Assembly (NCBI GenBank): GCA_008632985.1 | Contig: QPGO01000034.1 | Span: forward strand, 62,001-126,000 | Reading direction: 5' to 3' | DNA length: 64,000 bases | Source of the DNA: Psammoneis japonica | Taxonomy: Eukaryota | In this document: positions 1 through 12,575 of the stretch, in pieces | Numbering within the stretch: the stretch's first letter is position 1 | How the letters are laid out: every line of letters begins with the position of its first letter | Made by a program: the position numbers and the translations under genes | The notes under the pieces: generated by a model | The model's database searches: none | Told to the model about the DNA's origin: nothing | What the model saw: the letters and a program-made list of their open reading frames with translations, nothing else

Positions 1-190
1 ATCCATGAAGGACGTGATGAATGAAAAGATAAAGTGGCGCAGGCAAACAATCAACGTACCGTCCTTTGCGTTCAGCCATACGTTTATCTTCCAATTCGGC
101 TGAGAGATGACGTATCACTCGACGATGATACCACCAAAAGCAAATAGAACTAATTCCAAGAACCGCACCCGCAGATACCGCCTGCGTCAT
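1..190 (-). CDS. 5' exons of an unidentified spliced gene running off the window start
   Basis: ATG at 190; GT..AG splicing gives MTQAVSAAELEDKRMAERKG followed by a GTACGT donor near 59; divergent from the next gene. Confidence 0.4.
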   Translation of the reverse strand, partial: MTQAVSAGAVLGISSICFWWYHRRVIRHLSAELEDKRMAERKGRYVDCLPAPLYLFIHHVLHG

Positions 191-482
191 GGTTGTGCGT
201 TGTGGTTAGACCTACTACTATGTGGGTTGTGGATAGCATGGCGCCGGGCCCGGGGCGCGAAAAAAGCCAGTCTCAAAAATCGCGGAATTCAGGCAAAAAC
301 GAAAAATCAAAAACTGAACATCAGAAATCCAGAAATCCAAAGAAAGCGGTAATGATTCAGCTTCGTCTCACTTCTTCTTTTTGTCTCTGGGACTACTAGA
401 GCAACCTATAAAGAAGTATTGTCATTTATTGTACAAGAGATAACACCAGTGTCTGGTATCTGTAGCATTTCCTTTAAAAGTA

Positions 483-2218
483 ATGGGTTGTCGCAAAGAG
501 GCGTTTCTATTGTTCCTGATCCTTTTTGTGGCAGCTTCGTCAGTCGTTGGCGCGAGCGGGGACTCCCTCGTTGACGTGTGTACCTCAGACAGTGACAGCG
601 ACGATTTGTTGCAGAGAAATCCCGCGTACATGCTAAGCGATCAATCTAGCGATTCAGAATATTCAGACTCGGAATATGACTCAGAAAGTGAAGATGATGA
701 CTCCAAGACGGCGTTGGCAAAGGCCATGTCAAAATCGAGAAAGGCTCCAGGGCGCACCCTGAAGCTAGTCAAGAAACATCGCGTGAAAATCACAGTTGCC
801 GTGGGGATGTACGCGTTTCGAAGGGAACTTTGCCTTCTTCTGCTTCATTTTTTTGGAACAAATGTGGTTGACCAACATACGGGAAAGCAAATTCGTCAGC
901 TCAAGATGAAGCCAACCACCATTCTCAAGGTAGTAATTTTTGTCGAGGTGATGCGGCGACTTCAATCCGGTGAGAGCGCTGCAGGTCCCGGAACGAGCTT
1001 TGCAGCCCTTTTGCTTGGTGGACGGCAAGGCTTGGTGTTCTTGCAAGCTTTTTCTGCGTTGCTGGAGAAAACATCGAATCCTGCATTTATTCCTCCTATT
1101 GAACAGAGGTATACTTTTGAAAGAATGAACCTTCGCTACAAGAAGGACTGCATGGCTTTTAAGAAAGCAATGGAGAACACCCAAAAACCGTTCGGTTCGT
1201 CGACATCGCTCTTCGGATCAAAGTCGACTGCGAGTGCAGAACAGGGAAGAGTTATAATGGCACCGTAATTCTTTTTGATTTGACTGGACTCGACAAAGGC
1301 ATGTCACGAATGGCTGAGTTGAGTGACAAAGTTTCTTTTCTGTTGAATCTACACCGAGCTGAAAGTATCAATAACACCAGTGCTGCAGTGACGAATCATC
1401 GTCCTAATACAACGACGCCTGAGAGTGTGGAACCAACACTAGAGGTTGTCATTACCCTTCAATCACCAGGTGGATCGGCATCAGATTACGGCCTAGCGGC
1501 CCAGCAATTTCTAAGGCTACGTGACGAACCAGGAATCACCCTTACTATCTGTTGCGACAAAATCGCTGCATCTGGTGGATATATGATGGCTTGCACGTCA
1601 AGTCCTGGGCATCTTTTCGCTGCACCCTTTGCTGTTATTGGCTCAATCGGGGTTTTTGGACAAGTTCTGAACGTACATGACACCCTGCAGAATTGGGGTG
1701 TGAAGCCAGTGGTTTTTCGTGGAGGAAAGCACAAAGCACCTCTAGGGTTGATTGGAGAGGTTACAGATGATGCAATTGCAACTGTTCAAGGAATGATAGA
1801 TAAAACGCATGAGGCTTTTAAGAGCCACGTACTGACCTCCCGCCCTCTTGTTGCTCAACACTTGGAGGATGTGTCAACCGGAGAGGTGTGGCTTGGCTCG
1901 GAGGCTATCAAATTTGGACTGGTGGACCGGGTCGTTACAAGCGATGAGTACATAGGGGAACGCATGCGGGAAGGAGCCCGGGTTCTAAAGCTCATCAACT
2001 ATGACAAGAAGCATTTTCGATTTGGTCAGGAGAGCAGAAGTCCCTGGATGACCCTTGCCAATACCTTGTCAACACGCGTTTCGGAACTGCGAAGAGTCGC
2101 ATCACAATTTTCAGGTGTTTTGAGAGAAGCTTTCGCTGGAGAATATGATGGACTCGCACTATCAGCTGCGTCCAAGGCATTCGGTATCTCGCACTTCCGT
2201 AGCAGTAACGTTCCTTGA
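483..2218 (+). CDS. Peptidase S49 (SohB/SppA-like) with signal peptide; one apparent frameshift near 1245
   Basis: Motifs LQSPGGS, DKIAASGGYMMAC, AAPFAVIGSIGV, TGEVWLGSEAIKFGLVD; adding one G to CAGGGAAG joins ORF 483-1268 to 1280-2218 (..KSYNGTVILFDLTGLDKG). Confidence 0.85.
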
Positions 2219-2383
2219 TCGGCCAGCTACACATACCGCACTATGTACAAAGGCTGAATGCCATAGAGAGTATTTTATGGTAGATGATTAACAGATCTAG
2301 TAGACTACATCGTCAAAAATCGACAAGCCAAGTGTGTCCCGAATGCTTTACCAGCATTGAAACTGTTGCTCTGTCGGGCATCA

Positions 2384-5300
2384 TTACGTTCCGCCACCAA
2401 ACCAGTGTCGACATCTCGCTGTATATAAATCGCGGCGTTCCAGCTCAAGTGCGACTCGTTCTGCTTCGAGCATTCCTTCCACGTCGTCCATCAAAGCCAT
2501 TCGACTCTCGATCTTGGTCACCCGCTCTGCCAAGATCTCTCCAAGAAGCCGCCCTACAGATTCCTCTTCCCGTGTTGCAAGTTCTGCAGTCCGACTAGCT
2601 AGTACACCCAAAACACTGGCCTTCTGCGCTTCAGGAAGACTATTTGTTGCCGACAGTGCTGCGTCTGTGGCGGCCTTGACAACCTCCGGGCGAGCACCCT
2701 CAACCAACTCGCAAAGCACTTCTTCCTTCATCTCTGGTCGAGATGGTAGCTTGGCATTGTCAACGGCGGTGCTGGTCTGGTCGGGAGTGATACTTCGTTC
2801 GACATGCACGGGGCCGTCATCCAATGGAAGAGACAAGAACTGTTCCTCACATTCATCGGAACTTACACCGTTCCCTACTCGGTTTGCGACGGCGTCCCAG
2901 TCAATCGGTACAAATGTCGTCGCAGAAGTCCCTTCTCCTACCTTTTGGCGCTTATTAGATTCTTCAACAACGGCTTCTAGCAGGCTGTCCCTTCGTGAAC
3001 TAGTCCATAATGTAGCTGAAGCCTCTTTCGCGCCTTCAACCGTCCCAGGTGGTTGTTGCCTCCAGGAAGCACCATCGTCACGTCGAAGTCCAGCTCCGGT
3101 GGGAGCAGAATCATTAATAGCGTCGTCATTGATGAGCCCCCAAGCTACGAGGAACCCATGTAGACGCATCAAACTTCCCATGTCTCCTGGTAAGCTGCGC
3201 CTTATCAGAGTGCAAGTCACATACCGCGTCCGTAGCTTGTCCGACATGTTCATGATTTGTTCTCGGATCGTCTTATACGAGTCAGGAGAGCGATGGGGTG
3301 CGCTCTGGTCGAACCATTCCGGAAGCATCATCCGTTCGAAGTCTGATACTGCATCCTCGTCATACCACGAAGGCTTCGGGGGTTTCAGCTGAGGTGGCTC
3401 TGTTGTCATCATTGATTCCTCCTGCGAATCGGGAATGTGTTGCTTCCAGTTCGACGACGGACGACTATCCAGGCCTGTCACCAAATCACTTGCGGAGACA
3501 GTAGCTTGTGGCTTCGCTTGAGAACTGGTCGAGGAAACAGTGATTTGTGGCTTCGATTGAGAACTGGTCGTGGAGGCAGACGCTGGTGTTGAATCGGCGG
3601 CGGACGAGGCGACGACAGCAACTGTCGAATCCGAGGTGACCGAAGGAGCTGCTGATTGTGCCGGGGCCTTGGCGACGACTGGCGTTGCCCCGGGTGCATC
3701 CGAGGTAGAAGAAGATGCCAAAGCCGGCCGGGATGAAACGCTTTGAGAAAGATCACCGCTGGGCTCAGAAGTCACTTGAGGATGTTGCGGCGTGGTCGAA
3801 TCGGTGGGTGCCCCCGTAGGAGCAGATGAAGCAACGGGTGCCGCTGCAAGCTGACCCGCTGTATCTGGAACATGTTCCCCGTGCTCTTCATCGCCACCTC
3901 CACGAATTCGTTGCGGCGGGGGATCCCTAAAATCTATGCGACGATTCATTGCGAGAGTCTTCGTGGTTGGCACCGCATCCGGAGCGGCATCTGCCGGCGG
4001 CGGCTCAGTCACAATAGAGAGCTCCGTCACCATAATGGAACCCAAGGATCTATCAGTACAAGGGCGAATGATAGAATCGATAGGTGGCAGGTCGTAAGTA
4101 GCAGGTACTTTCGTGCAGTCAACCCCGTCCACCATACTGATGCTTTGGGAAGAATTTTCCATTTGTTGGATGATTTCCAATGAATCTGGGGAAATGCGAA
4201 GGGCACCATCGTGCACTAAATGACGAATTCTTTCCCCTCGTGCCCCATACAGACCAGTGGAGAGATAGCGAGGGTTCATACCCTGCCCAGCACGTCGATC
4301 CTTCCTGGTGGAAGCAGGCGGTGTTGCTGATGGTGTTGGTTGCCTCTTCGGTGTGGCTGACTTAGGTTTTTCTTGTACCTTCTTCTGTTTTGTGGTAGCT
4401 TCTCTGCTTGAAGTCCGTCTGTTGATACGCGCCTTCTTACGTATTTGGTCAGGAGGAGCAGCTTGTGAGTTTTTGTAAAGATTTACCTTTCTGTGGCTTT
4501 TGAGCAAGGAAAAATAGGTGAGTTCATCGTATTGATTGAGTGCTTGCGAAAAGTAACAAAACGGTACGATCGAACTTACTAGTCGGCAATGGCATAGTCC
4601 GCTTCAACTCCCCATTCGTTAAATCGCGCCACATCTCTCACAAACTTGCAACTAACCACCCAAGGCCCCCCTGGTGGTCGAGGCGGGTTATCCTCTGAAG
4701 TGTCCCCGTCGACATCTTCGGCTGGCATCCAATCATCGTGGCTCGACGGCCAATACCACCAGTGAACAAACGCCATATTATTTGAGGTAAGAAGAGTCCT
4801 CAAGTAAAGCTTTTCTGGTGCTGTCGCGTTGTTGCTCTCCGTCCATCAATTTCTCCATCGAACGCAACTACATGCGTGGCATGGCGCGAATCAGTCACGG
4901 TGGCACCTCCAAAGCGTTCGACAATATCCTGGAGCTCCTGTCGGAGGTCTTTATCCACAGTAGTATCCCAGTATACTGCGGGCCGCTGTAGTAAACAGCT
5001 GTCCAACAAGGCCGTTTCCATTCTCTGCAACACTCTCAGCTTGCTAAGGCTCTCGGAGCTTTCTTCTTCCCAGTTGAACACTACGGCATCTTCGTAAACC
5101 TCCAACAGCGCTGTGCAAAGAGGTCCTGACTGAGACCGATCTCGAAATAACTCATCAGGAAGCTTCAACATTGGCCATTCTTGGACTGTGGTATCACCCC
5201 CGCCGCTGGAAAGATGCTTCTGCTGAAAACGTCGCAGACCGCACACAATCTTCGCCACGTCCTTCGGAGTGACCTTCAAGTTGTCTAACTGACTGTCGAG

Positions 5301-5420
5301 CGCCACCGAAATTTCTTGGAAAGATTTTATGTTGTCATCGCTTTCATCTCGCAGTGGCAATAGTAACGACGATGCATCCAGCGTCGACAACATGGTCAAC
5401 CTACTACTTCCATCTTCCAT
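2384..5420 (-). CDS. SWI/SNF subunit SMARCC/SWI3-like (BRCT/chromo-like N-terminus, SWIRM, SANT, C-terminal coiled coil)
   Basis: VHWWYWPSSHDDW and RFNEWGVEADY; SWIRM (FERMMLPEWF..YKTIREQI..RLHGFLVAWGLIN); SANT (WDAVANRVG..ECEEQFLSLP); intron 4497-4579; apparent 1-nt deletion near 4843. Confidence 0.85.
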
Positions 5421-5798
5421 CCAGCGCTGGTTGCTGGTTGTCTGTTGTGCTGGTTGTCTGTTGTGTTGTGGTGTGTGGTGTGTGGGCTTTTGCAGATCGC
5501 AGATCACAGTACCGTACGGTACGGCGGCGCGGCGGTGGAGCGTTCACGGCGACGGGAGACGGACGAGCAAAATGGCGGGAAATTGAATTATGGCATCCAT
5601 CCTTGAATGATAATAAATAGGTCGTTTGTTGTCGTTGTGTAGAAAATCTTATGTTGAAGCCTAATTAACATATATATATTGTATACATTTAATAATATTA
5701 AAATATTTATAAGACAACGTCGACGGCTGTATGTATTGAAGCCGGCCGAGCAAGATACAGTAGCAAGAGTAAAACCGAAGCCACAAATTGCCGCTGTT

Positions 5799-7253
5799 AT
5801 GACAATCCATACATACGCTCCAAAATTCGTCTTACAATCACCCTTCTTCCTCATGAAAGACAAAGTCGGAAAACCTGTGGCTATTCCTAAGCCAATGCCG
5901 CATAAACAGAGGCGCCGGTGGTGCTTGCTTGTTGCAGTTGTGTCAGTGGCGGCTTTTTTGGCGGTCATAACTGTTGTGGCCTACGGTCTCAAAACATACG
6001 TTGATGAACATCATCGATCTCCTGAATCCAATGGGCAGGACGTCGGTGATCCTGAGGTTGATGAAACTGCCGCCCCTTCCTCGTTTCCATCCCGCCCAAT
6101 ACCTACTCTCTCCCCAACGTTGGATCGGAGCGTTTCGACGCCAAATACGCCACCGGCTTTAACTACGCCGCCAACGTTTCACCCCCCTTCTACTCAATCA
6201 CCATCTGCCTTGCCCGAGCATTCATCACCACCTTCAGCAGGAGCTTTCTCCACCAACATACCATCAACTTTTCAGCCGTCCCAACTACTACCTACTCTCC
6301 CACCAACGTTGGATCAGAGCGTTTTGACGCCAACTGCGCCACCAACGTTAAATCCCACGTCTACACAATCACCATCTCTTCTGTCTCAACAATCCTTGGC
6401 ACCGTCAGGGATAGCTTCTTCCACCAGCTTGCCGTCGGCTTTTCAATCTCAAACAACCTTTTATGCTGTTGCTGACGTTCCATATAACAAGAACCAAGCT
6501 ATAAATCTTCGGAAGCAAATGACAACCTTGAAAAGTGATGGTGATTTTTTAGTCCATCTTGGGGATATCAAGAAGAAGTATGTCCCTTGTACAAAAGAGC
6601 AATTCGAAAGTAGTGCCTCAATAATGCTAGAGTCGCCTGCTCCTGTGTTTCTCACTGTTGGAGATAACGAGTATAGCGATTGCGAAGACCCAGAAGAGGC
6701 ATTGGAAGTCTGGCGACAAGTTTTCAGTGATTTTGACAAGAAGTGGAACCATACCATTAATGTAACGAGACAGGAGGGTCGACCCGAAAACTTTTCATTT
6801 GTGCTCCGGAAGACATTATTTGTCGGCCTCAACATTGTCGGTGGTCGAGTGCACAATGCCACAGAGTGGAGTGAAAGACTTACCGAACAACTACGTTGGT
6901 GTGTCAATCTTCTTGACGAGCATACCAGAGGAGAGTCCCCTGACGCCAACGGTGTCGTCATATTTGGTCACGCAAACCCTTCTGATAACCACAATCCGTT
7001 CTTTGAGCCATTGAACGACTATATCGAGAACGTGACAAAACATCGCATCCCAATGCTCTACATGGGTGGCGACGTTCACAGATGGCTTTATGAGCCGAAC
7101 TTCTTCGATCAAGAAAGCTTTCTGCGAATTAGATTGTCTGGGGGGACCGTTGACGAGCCGCTCAGAATGAACGTGGACCCGACAGCCTTTAGCAAGCCCG
7201 AAGAGGCATTCCAGTTTACTCGTACGAAGAACCGGAATGACAAAGGAAAATAA
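5799..7253 (+). CDS. Type II membrane calcineurin-like metallophosphoesterase with Pro/Ser/Thr-rich stalk (start uncertain)
   Basis: TM helix, then ADVPY, HLGD, GDNE, FGH and GDVH metal-binding motifs. Confidence 0.8.
   Translation: MTIHTYAPKFVLQSPFFLMKDKVGKPVAIPKPMPHKQRRRWCLLVAVVSVAAFLAVITVVAYGLKTYVDEHHRSPESNGQDVGDPEVDETAAPSSFPSRPIPTLSPTLDRSVSTPNTPPALTTPPTFHPPSTQSPSALPEHSSPPSAGAFSTNIPSTFQPSQLLPTLPPTLDQSVLTPTAPPTLNPTSTQSPSLLSQQSLAPSGIASSTSLPSAFQSQTTFYAVADVPYNKNQAINLRKQMTTLKSDGDFLVHLGDIKKKYVPCTKEQFESSASIMLESPAPVFLTVGDNEYSDCEDPEEALEVWRQVFSDFDKKWNHTINVTRQEGRPENFSFVLRKTLFVGLNIVGGRVHNATEWSERLTEQLRWCVNLLDEHTRGESPDANGVVIFGHANPSDNHNPFFEPLNDYIENVTKHRIPMLYMGGDVHRWLYEPNFFDQESFLRIRLSGGTVDEPLRMNVDPTAFSKPEEAFQFTRTKNRNDKGK
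6087..6450 (+). repeat. Two diverged ~180-bp in-frame tandem copies encoding the stalk
   Basis: PTLSPTLDRSVSTP..STQSPS..STFQ versus PTLPPTLDQSVLTP..STQSPS..SAFQ. Confidence 0.75.
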
Positions 7254-7410
7254 CTACGGACGACTTGCCAACTTTTGTGAACTTAAACTATTAGGCTAGA
7301 AATCGATTTCGATGCGATTGGTTTGGATAGACATCGAAGAACTATTCTTTTCTTAAATCTGTTAATGGGAACACAATTAAAACCTGATGCCCAACTATCT
7401 AATTGTGATT

Positions 7411-8307
7411 CTAGAACGCGTCACAAGCCTTACAAAGTTTTACTCCCGCCTCCTTCATGTCTTTCTTGAACTCTTCTGCTGCACCTTCAAATCCCGGAAC
7501 AGGAGACGCACAATCCGTCAATAAGCTTATTTTTCCTAGTTCATTTTCCGGCCAGTGACTGACAATGTCTCTCAGAGTGTAGTTTACACAGTGACTCATT
7601 GCTTGACCGCACACTAGTAGTTTGTTCGATTGCAGGAGAGAACTATGCAGTTCGTTATTGAACGCCGTTGATGGCGAAACTGGTACGTCTGCTGCTAGCG
7701 CTGAGTACATTTCAGTCAAGAGATTTTGACCTTTGTGAACCCACTCAATGCTTCCACCTGTCTTTGCACTCCATTCCAGCATGGCAGACATTACCGGATT
7801 CGGCACACAATGACCCTCGGTCCCAATGAGACAGTGCTCTGGCCAAATGCAGAGCTTGAATCGCCCTTTTGCTTCCAGCTGACGCGCATACTCGAGACAA
7901 TACTTGGAGAGATCAAAATTGCCGTCATCGTCGACAACGTTGTCCATGCCCTGGAACACTGAACCATCCAGAGGAGGTTCGCCAACAGGCATCTTGATGG
8001 TCGTCCGCGGTTTCCATTTACCGGAAGCCAAGTCCTCTGCGGACATGATTGTGAACGGTGCAGGATGCGCCTTATCTTTGTCAGCACTCTCCCAGAACCC
8101 TGGATGGGCAATGTGAAGTTTATGGTGGGAATCCATGGTGGCAACGATTCGATCAATAGATGCTCCGTGACGACGAATGAGCTCGGCTATACGCTCCGCG
8201 TCTTGGTCCGCTCCAGGAATTGCAAGACTTCCTCCGGGGTGAAAGTCATTTTGACAATCAATCAAGAGAAGGGTTGTCCCGCCACTCTTGCTGTTGGCTC
8301 CGCCCAT
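7411..8307 (-). CDS. Isochorismatase/nicotinamidase-family cysteine hydrolase
   Basis: IDCQNDF, DSH, WPEHCLIGTEG, EMYSAL, GQAMSHCV. Confidence 0.9.
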   Translation of the reverse strand: MGGANSKSGGTTLLLIDCQNDFHPGGSLAIPGADQDAERIAELIRRHGASIDRIVATMDSHHKLHIAHPGFWESADKDKAHPAPFTIMSAEDLASGKWKPRTTIKMPVGEPPLDGSVFQGMDNVVDDDGNFDLSKYCLEYARQLEAKGRFKLCIWPEHCLIGTEGHCVPNPVMSAMLEWSAKTGGSIEWVHKGQNLLTEMYSALAADVPVSPSTAFNNELHSSLLQSNKLLVCGQAMSHCVNYTLRDIVSHWPENELGKISLLTDCASPVPGFEGAAEEFKKDMKEAGVKLCKACDAF

Positions 8308-8489
8308 GCTGCCGGTACGGAGCGATGAAGCAGCCGATGTGGCTTTATGCGTTGAATGTTGAGTGCCTCTTGGTTGCCGCCGGGCGGCCGGGCGGCATGG
8401 TCCGGATTTTCTTTTGAGTTTTTTGGTCGTCTCCGCGCGCTCTGCGGACGGTCGATGGACGACCAGCAGCGCAGAGCAGCTCGCAATCG

Positions 8490-11000
8490 CTCATGTCATT
8501 GGCAAGGTGCCAGGCATCTCACGACAAGTCTCATTTGTCAAATCCTGAGCTAGAGTTGGGTTTGAAATGACACACTGTGGTTGACACAGCACAAGAAGAC
8601 ACAGTGTGTTGGTCACAGTCCACCGGAGCTTACCCGGGTGGAGAGCTCGGCAGGCTGAGGGGCGATTTGCATGAAAAAGACACTGAGCCTGTCTGGCATT
8701 TAACGAATGTGACTGGAAACACTCCATGTGCACTGACAAGTGCAATTTCTGCACAACATTCTTTAGACAGCTGCTGTCCAGAGACACAAATCAAGCTGGT
8801 GTTGTGCAGTTTTCTCTCAACTGCTTTTGTGCAGAGAGAAAATGCCGTGCACCGCACATCATCCTGACCTTTGCTTCGACCACCCCCTGGTTTCCTTGTG
8901 ATGTGTGAGGTGACAGACACCATGGCAAAATCTGCTGCAGAGCACCTGAGTCAAGCACAGAACAAAAGCTCAACAGCATCACCCACGTCCCTCCATGCTG
9001 TCATCTCAGAGACTGTTCTTGTCGAGCTCTGGTGCTCGCCAGCCCCATGTGCTCTCTCAAAAAGATTCTCACCAAAAAAGCTTTCTCAGCATGGAATTTC
9101 CATTTTCAAACATCAGAGCACTCAAGAAGATGACACTCATTGAGCAGCACATCTCAATCATTCTAGTTTTGTCATGCAGCACAGAAACTTCCAAGCTGAC
9201 AAATTTTGTCAACCCTCAGCAACAACCACACTGGCTCCCTCAGATTTGCCCACACACACACACACACACAAAAAGAACATTTGTGGTTGACACACAGCTT
9301 CAACTTCATTGGAAGAAAGAAACAGCAGCACAAAATGTCTTCTTTTTGCCCTGAAACCTGACAAGCTTGTGCAGTGCACTTTGTCTTTTCTTTTCCTCTC
9401 CTTGACGGCTTCAAAGTCACCAGACAAGCACAAAAAGCAAGCGCCCTCTAACTTTCTCATTGCTGCCACCACCTTGGCATTGCACAACCCCTTTGAGAGA
9501 TGCAACACATGCATGCCCAAATGACCCAGTGCAGCCAAAATGTGGGCAACAACAAAGTGGCTGCTGGTGCGATGATTTCTGCCAAACTAGAGTGAAAAAG
9601 CCATCACTCTCCCAAGACAATCTGCAGCACTGCTGATTGCTTGACTGAAATGGCAAAAGTGCAGCCACCAATGCAGCCACTCAAAAGCTGGCACAAGACA
9701 AAAGCAGCTGCCCTTGGAGCTCCAAACAACATGGTTTTCTCATCCTGTGCTGCTCAATGCTTGCTGCAACTTGTCTCTGCTTGCTTGTTCAATGTGGAGA
9801 GCTCTTTTGCAGCACTTTGGCTCTTCAGTGACTGCAGGTCACATCTGCGTGACATGCAACAGGTCTTTTTTGGGCTGCACAAGCAACAACCTGCAAAGAT
9901 GCCTCTGTGCCCATGTTTGTCTTGAATCTGGCACAATGTGACAGTCTCCACTGGAGCAATGGGTGCTGCTGCACTGTCCTCATTGCCATGTGCCACATTG
10001 TGGCACAGTCAGCAGATTGGGCATGCATTGGATGGACAGCTCCACTTTCCAGCAATCATGTGTGTTCATCAGGGAGCTGCTTGTGTGAGCCACTGCACAT
10101 CAGGGACTCAAACATTCCTGTGTCAAAGGATTTACAGAGAATGCCACGCATGATGTTGTGTGTGAACACCAAAATGTGCAGTGTGCAGGAGCTCAAACCC
10201 AATGTTTTTTTGCCCAGGGTTCTTGCAATTGTTGGAATCATCACTGCCACCTCTGATTGCTCACATGAGTGATGCACACATTTTCTTGGTTCCCAGCTGG
10301 TGTGCATTTGTTTGCAACATTTTTTGGCCACACTTTTTGCCTGAGCTCTTTTGTTCAGAGAATGAGCGCTGACAGCCTGTGCATTTTCAATTTAAAAAAC
10401 CAACGACAAGGCAAGGTGTGGAGGCACACTTTTGCCTGAAAGCAAAGCCCAACAAAGGCACAGCAGCTTTGTCAACTCTCAATGAGGAACAAAAACATGA
10501 GCTTTCATTCACTCTTGATGAGGAGCAAAACATCATGAACCATGGCACCACTCAACAAGAAAACAAACATGTGCACCATTTTGTCAAGGGCAAGATGTCC
10601 TTTTTTCTGGACTTGTGCAAACACCCCCCAGGCACTTGCTGAGCTGTTGAAATGAGCCCCAGCAGCAGCACAAGTCCATGGCAAGGATTTGCCAAGTGCG
10701 TGCCATGGCATCCCATTTTTGCTGATTGCAGTGCCAGAACAGATGCAAACTGATGTTTGAAAAGCAAGGCATGTCAGTGATTGCAAGATTGTGATCATGA
10801 GCAACTGCAATTTGTGCACTTCTAAAACACACATTTTCTTCTTGTTTGCTCCTTGACAGCAGGGCATGAATTTTCTCCCAAAGAGTCAAGCGCTGCTTCT
10901 TGCGGTCTCCCGCACCCAAAACAACCAGCAGTGACAACGGAGAAATTGAGATTGAGTGCCTTGGACCACAAGTGAGGCAGCACTGTGCCAAGTTAAAAGC
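8490..11000. other. Hypermutated block 1 (CpG- and TpA-depleted degenerate sequence; origin unidentified)
   Basis: Manual count in 9361-9960: 4 CG and 2 TA in 600 nt; translations nearly lack Tyr and are Cys/His/Gln-rich; (CA)n at 9252-9270. Confidence 0.85.
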
Positions 11001-11285
11001 TCGTGACATTTTGGCAAGTCGTACAGTGGAATTCAAGACACAGGAAACGATCGTTACGAGATTCTGCATGACTTCGGCACCAATGCTCGAACACACGGCT
11101 GTAAATCGCAATAGCCTGTCGGATTTCTTTCGCCTTTCCGTGCTTAGACTGAACAATGAACCTACCTCGCATCTTGTCTAAACTGTTGGTTAACACAAGA
11201 AGACAATACGGGGGTTTTAAAACGAGGCGACGCGGCTGTCAAAAACCCAAAACTATTACGCTGTCGTCATTTGAAGCTTCAAGGT

Positions 11286-12575
11286 CTACCTTAGAACCTC
11301 TGTTGGGGCCGCTCCCAAACCTCGGCTTGATCCCATGAGAACGTCACCAGAACCATTCCCATTTTTCCACTCGTCCGAGCTAGGAAGAATCTCCAGTCGC
11401 CCACTAGGCCAAAGACCCACGTACTGAAGCGTTTTGTCGAGATTTGAGGAAGAATCGATGGGCGCACGCGGAAAGCGGTTCAAATCAACAATACACCACT
11501 CTCGGCTTAAAATTTGTCCGGGATGATCGAACCGTGAGCACCAACCCAGTTGATAATATCTTGTAGCACGTCGTCCCCGTCAAACCTTCGTCGTATCGTC
11601 ACATCAGCAATTACCACCTGCATCAGAGCCCCACGTCCCGCAGGTGGTTCCGTCGGACATTTCGCCATGTATTGGGCTCTTTTTACAGATTCTGTTTCAC
11701 TTGAGTCACTGCTTACTTGGATCTTTTTGACTTCTTTAGCGAATTCAATTTTTTGTTTGGCTTTCTTGTACTCTTCCGTCTGGGTTACTCCTTCGAGGCC
11801 GATATTCCCAAGAACAATAATGCCGGATCCACCATGTCGTTCCAAAATAAAATGTTTACCACTTGGGTGAAAATTCATTGCGACCAAGAATCCTTCGGCT
11901 CCGGGAGCGCCTTCTAGAGTGCGCTTGTAGCCAGCCGATGTTCGATCAATCTTGCGATACCTGTCATTCGCCGGATCATCTCTGAGTCTCACAATCGCTC
12001 GCAGCAAGGTATCGACTGCCAGTGGATAAGACTTGAGTCGGTCCGCACAACGCAGAACCTGCTCTTCCTTTGCCTTATCCTCCAGTTTTGCAGGTACTTT
12101 AACTCCAGGATGATGAGAGAGACCTCCACTTGTCCGTCGTTCATTCGTTGCGTGATTGGGTTTGGGTGGAGGCGGCGTTCTTTTTCGAGAGTTGCCAGTA
12201 CCGAACTTATTGCGAGACTCTTCTGCACGTCGGGCTGCTGCATTTCCTGCCGGTTCACAGCAGCTGTCCGAGTTGGAGCTCTGCCGCCAGTCCCTACAGA
12301 CGCCTTCTTTGCCTCGCGCATTCGGCGTTCATCTTCTGCATCAAGACTCGCCTGCATTGCGCGCTGAAGATCATCGTCATGGCTTATCGGTTGCGTAGCG
12401 GCGTTCCCCGGTCGATTCGACGCTATAGTAATTCCGCCGCTCGTTGCACATCCCCGTTTGTTGTTTCGAGAGCATTGCGAGCCTGAGTCTCATCGAAACC
12501 CATCGACTGAAGCGTTCGTACTTTGTCGTCGCCACCGAGTGCTGTCGTTACTCGATCTCTAACCTTCTTGAACAT
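11286..12575 (-). CDS. UBA-UIM-PUB-UBX domain p97/CDC48 cofactor, broken by about 5 single-base indels (sequencing errors or young pseudogene)
   Basis: UBA LQSMGFDETQARNALETTNGDVQRAAELL; UIM DDDLQRAMQASL; PUB DPANDRYRKID; UBX IRRRFDGDD..TLQYVGLWPSG; frame breaks near 12425, 12251, 11835, 11797, 11514. Confidence 0.85.

Noticed and set aside
1235..1280. Programmed frameshifting in S49, SMARCC (~4843), Nup155 (~41630) and cytochrome b5 (~47209) genes
   Set aside because: Each is fixed by adding one base to a short homopolymer, typical of long-read consensus error.
2514..3392. Long antisense ORFs over real genes (e.g. 2514-3392, 32256-32837, 48272-48787)
   Set aside because: Shadow ORFs opposite well-supported genes, with no motifs.
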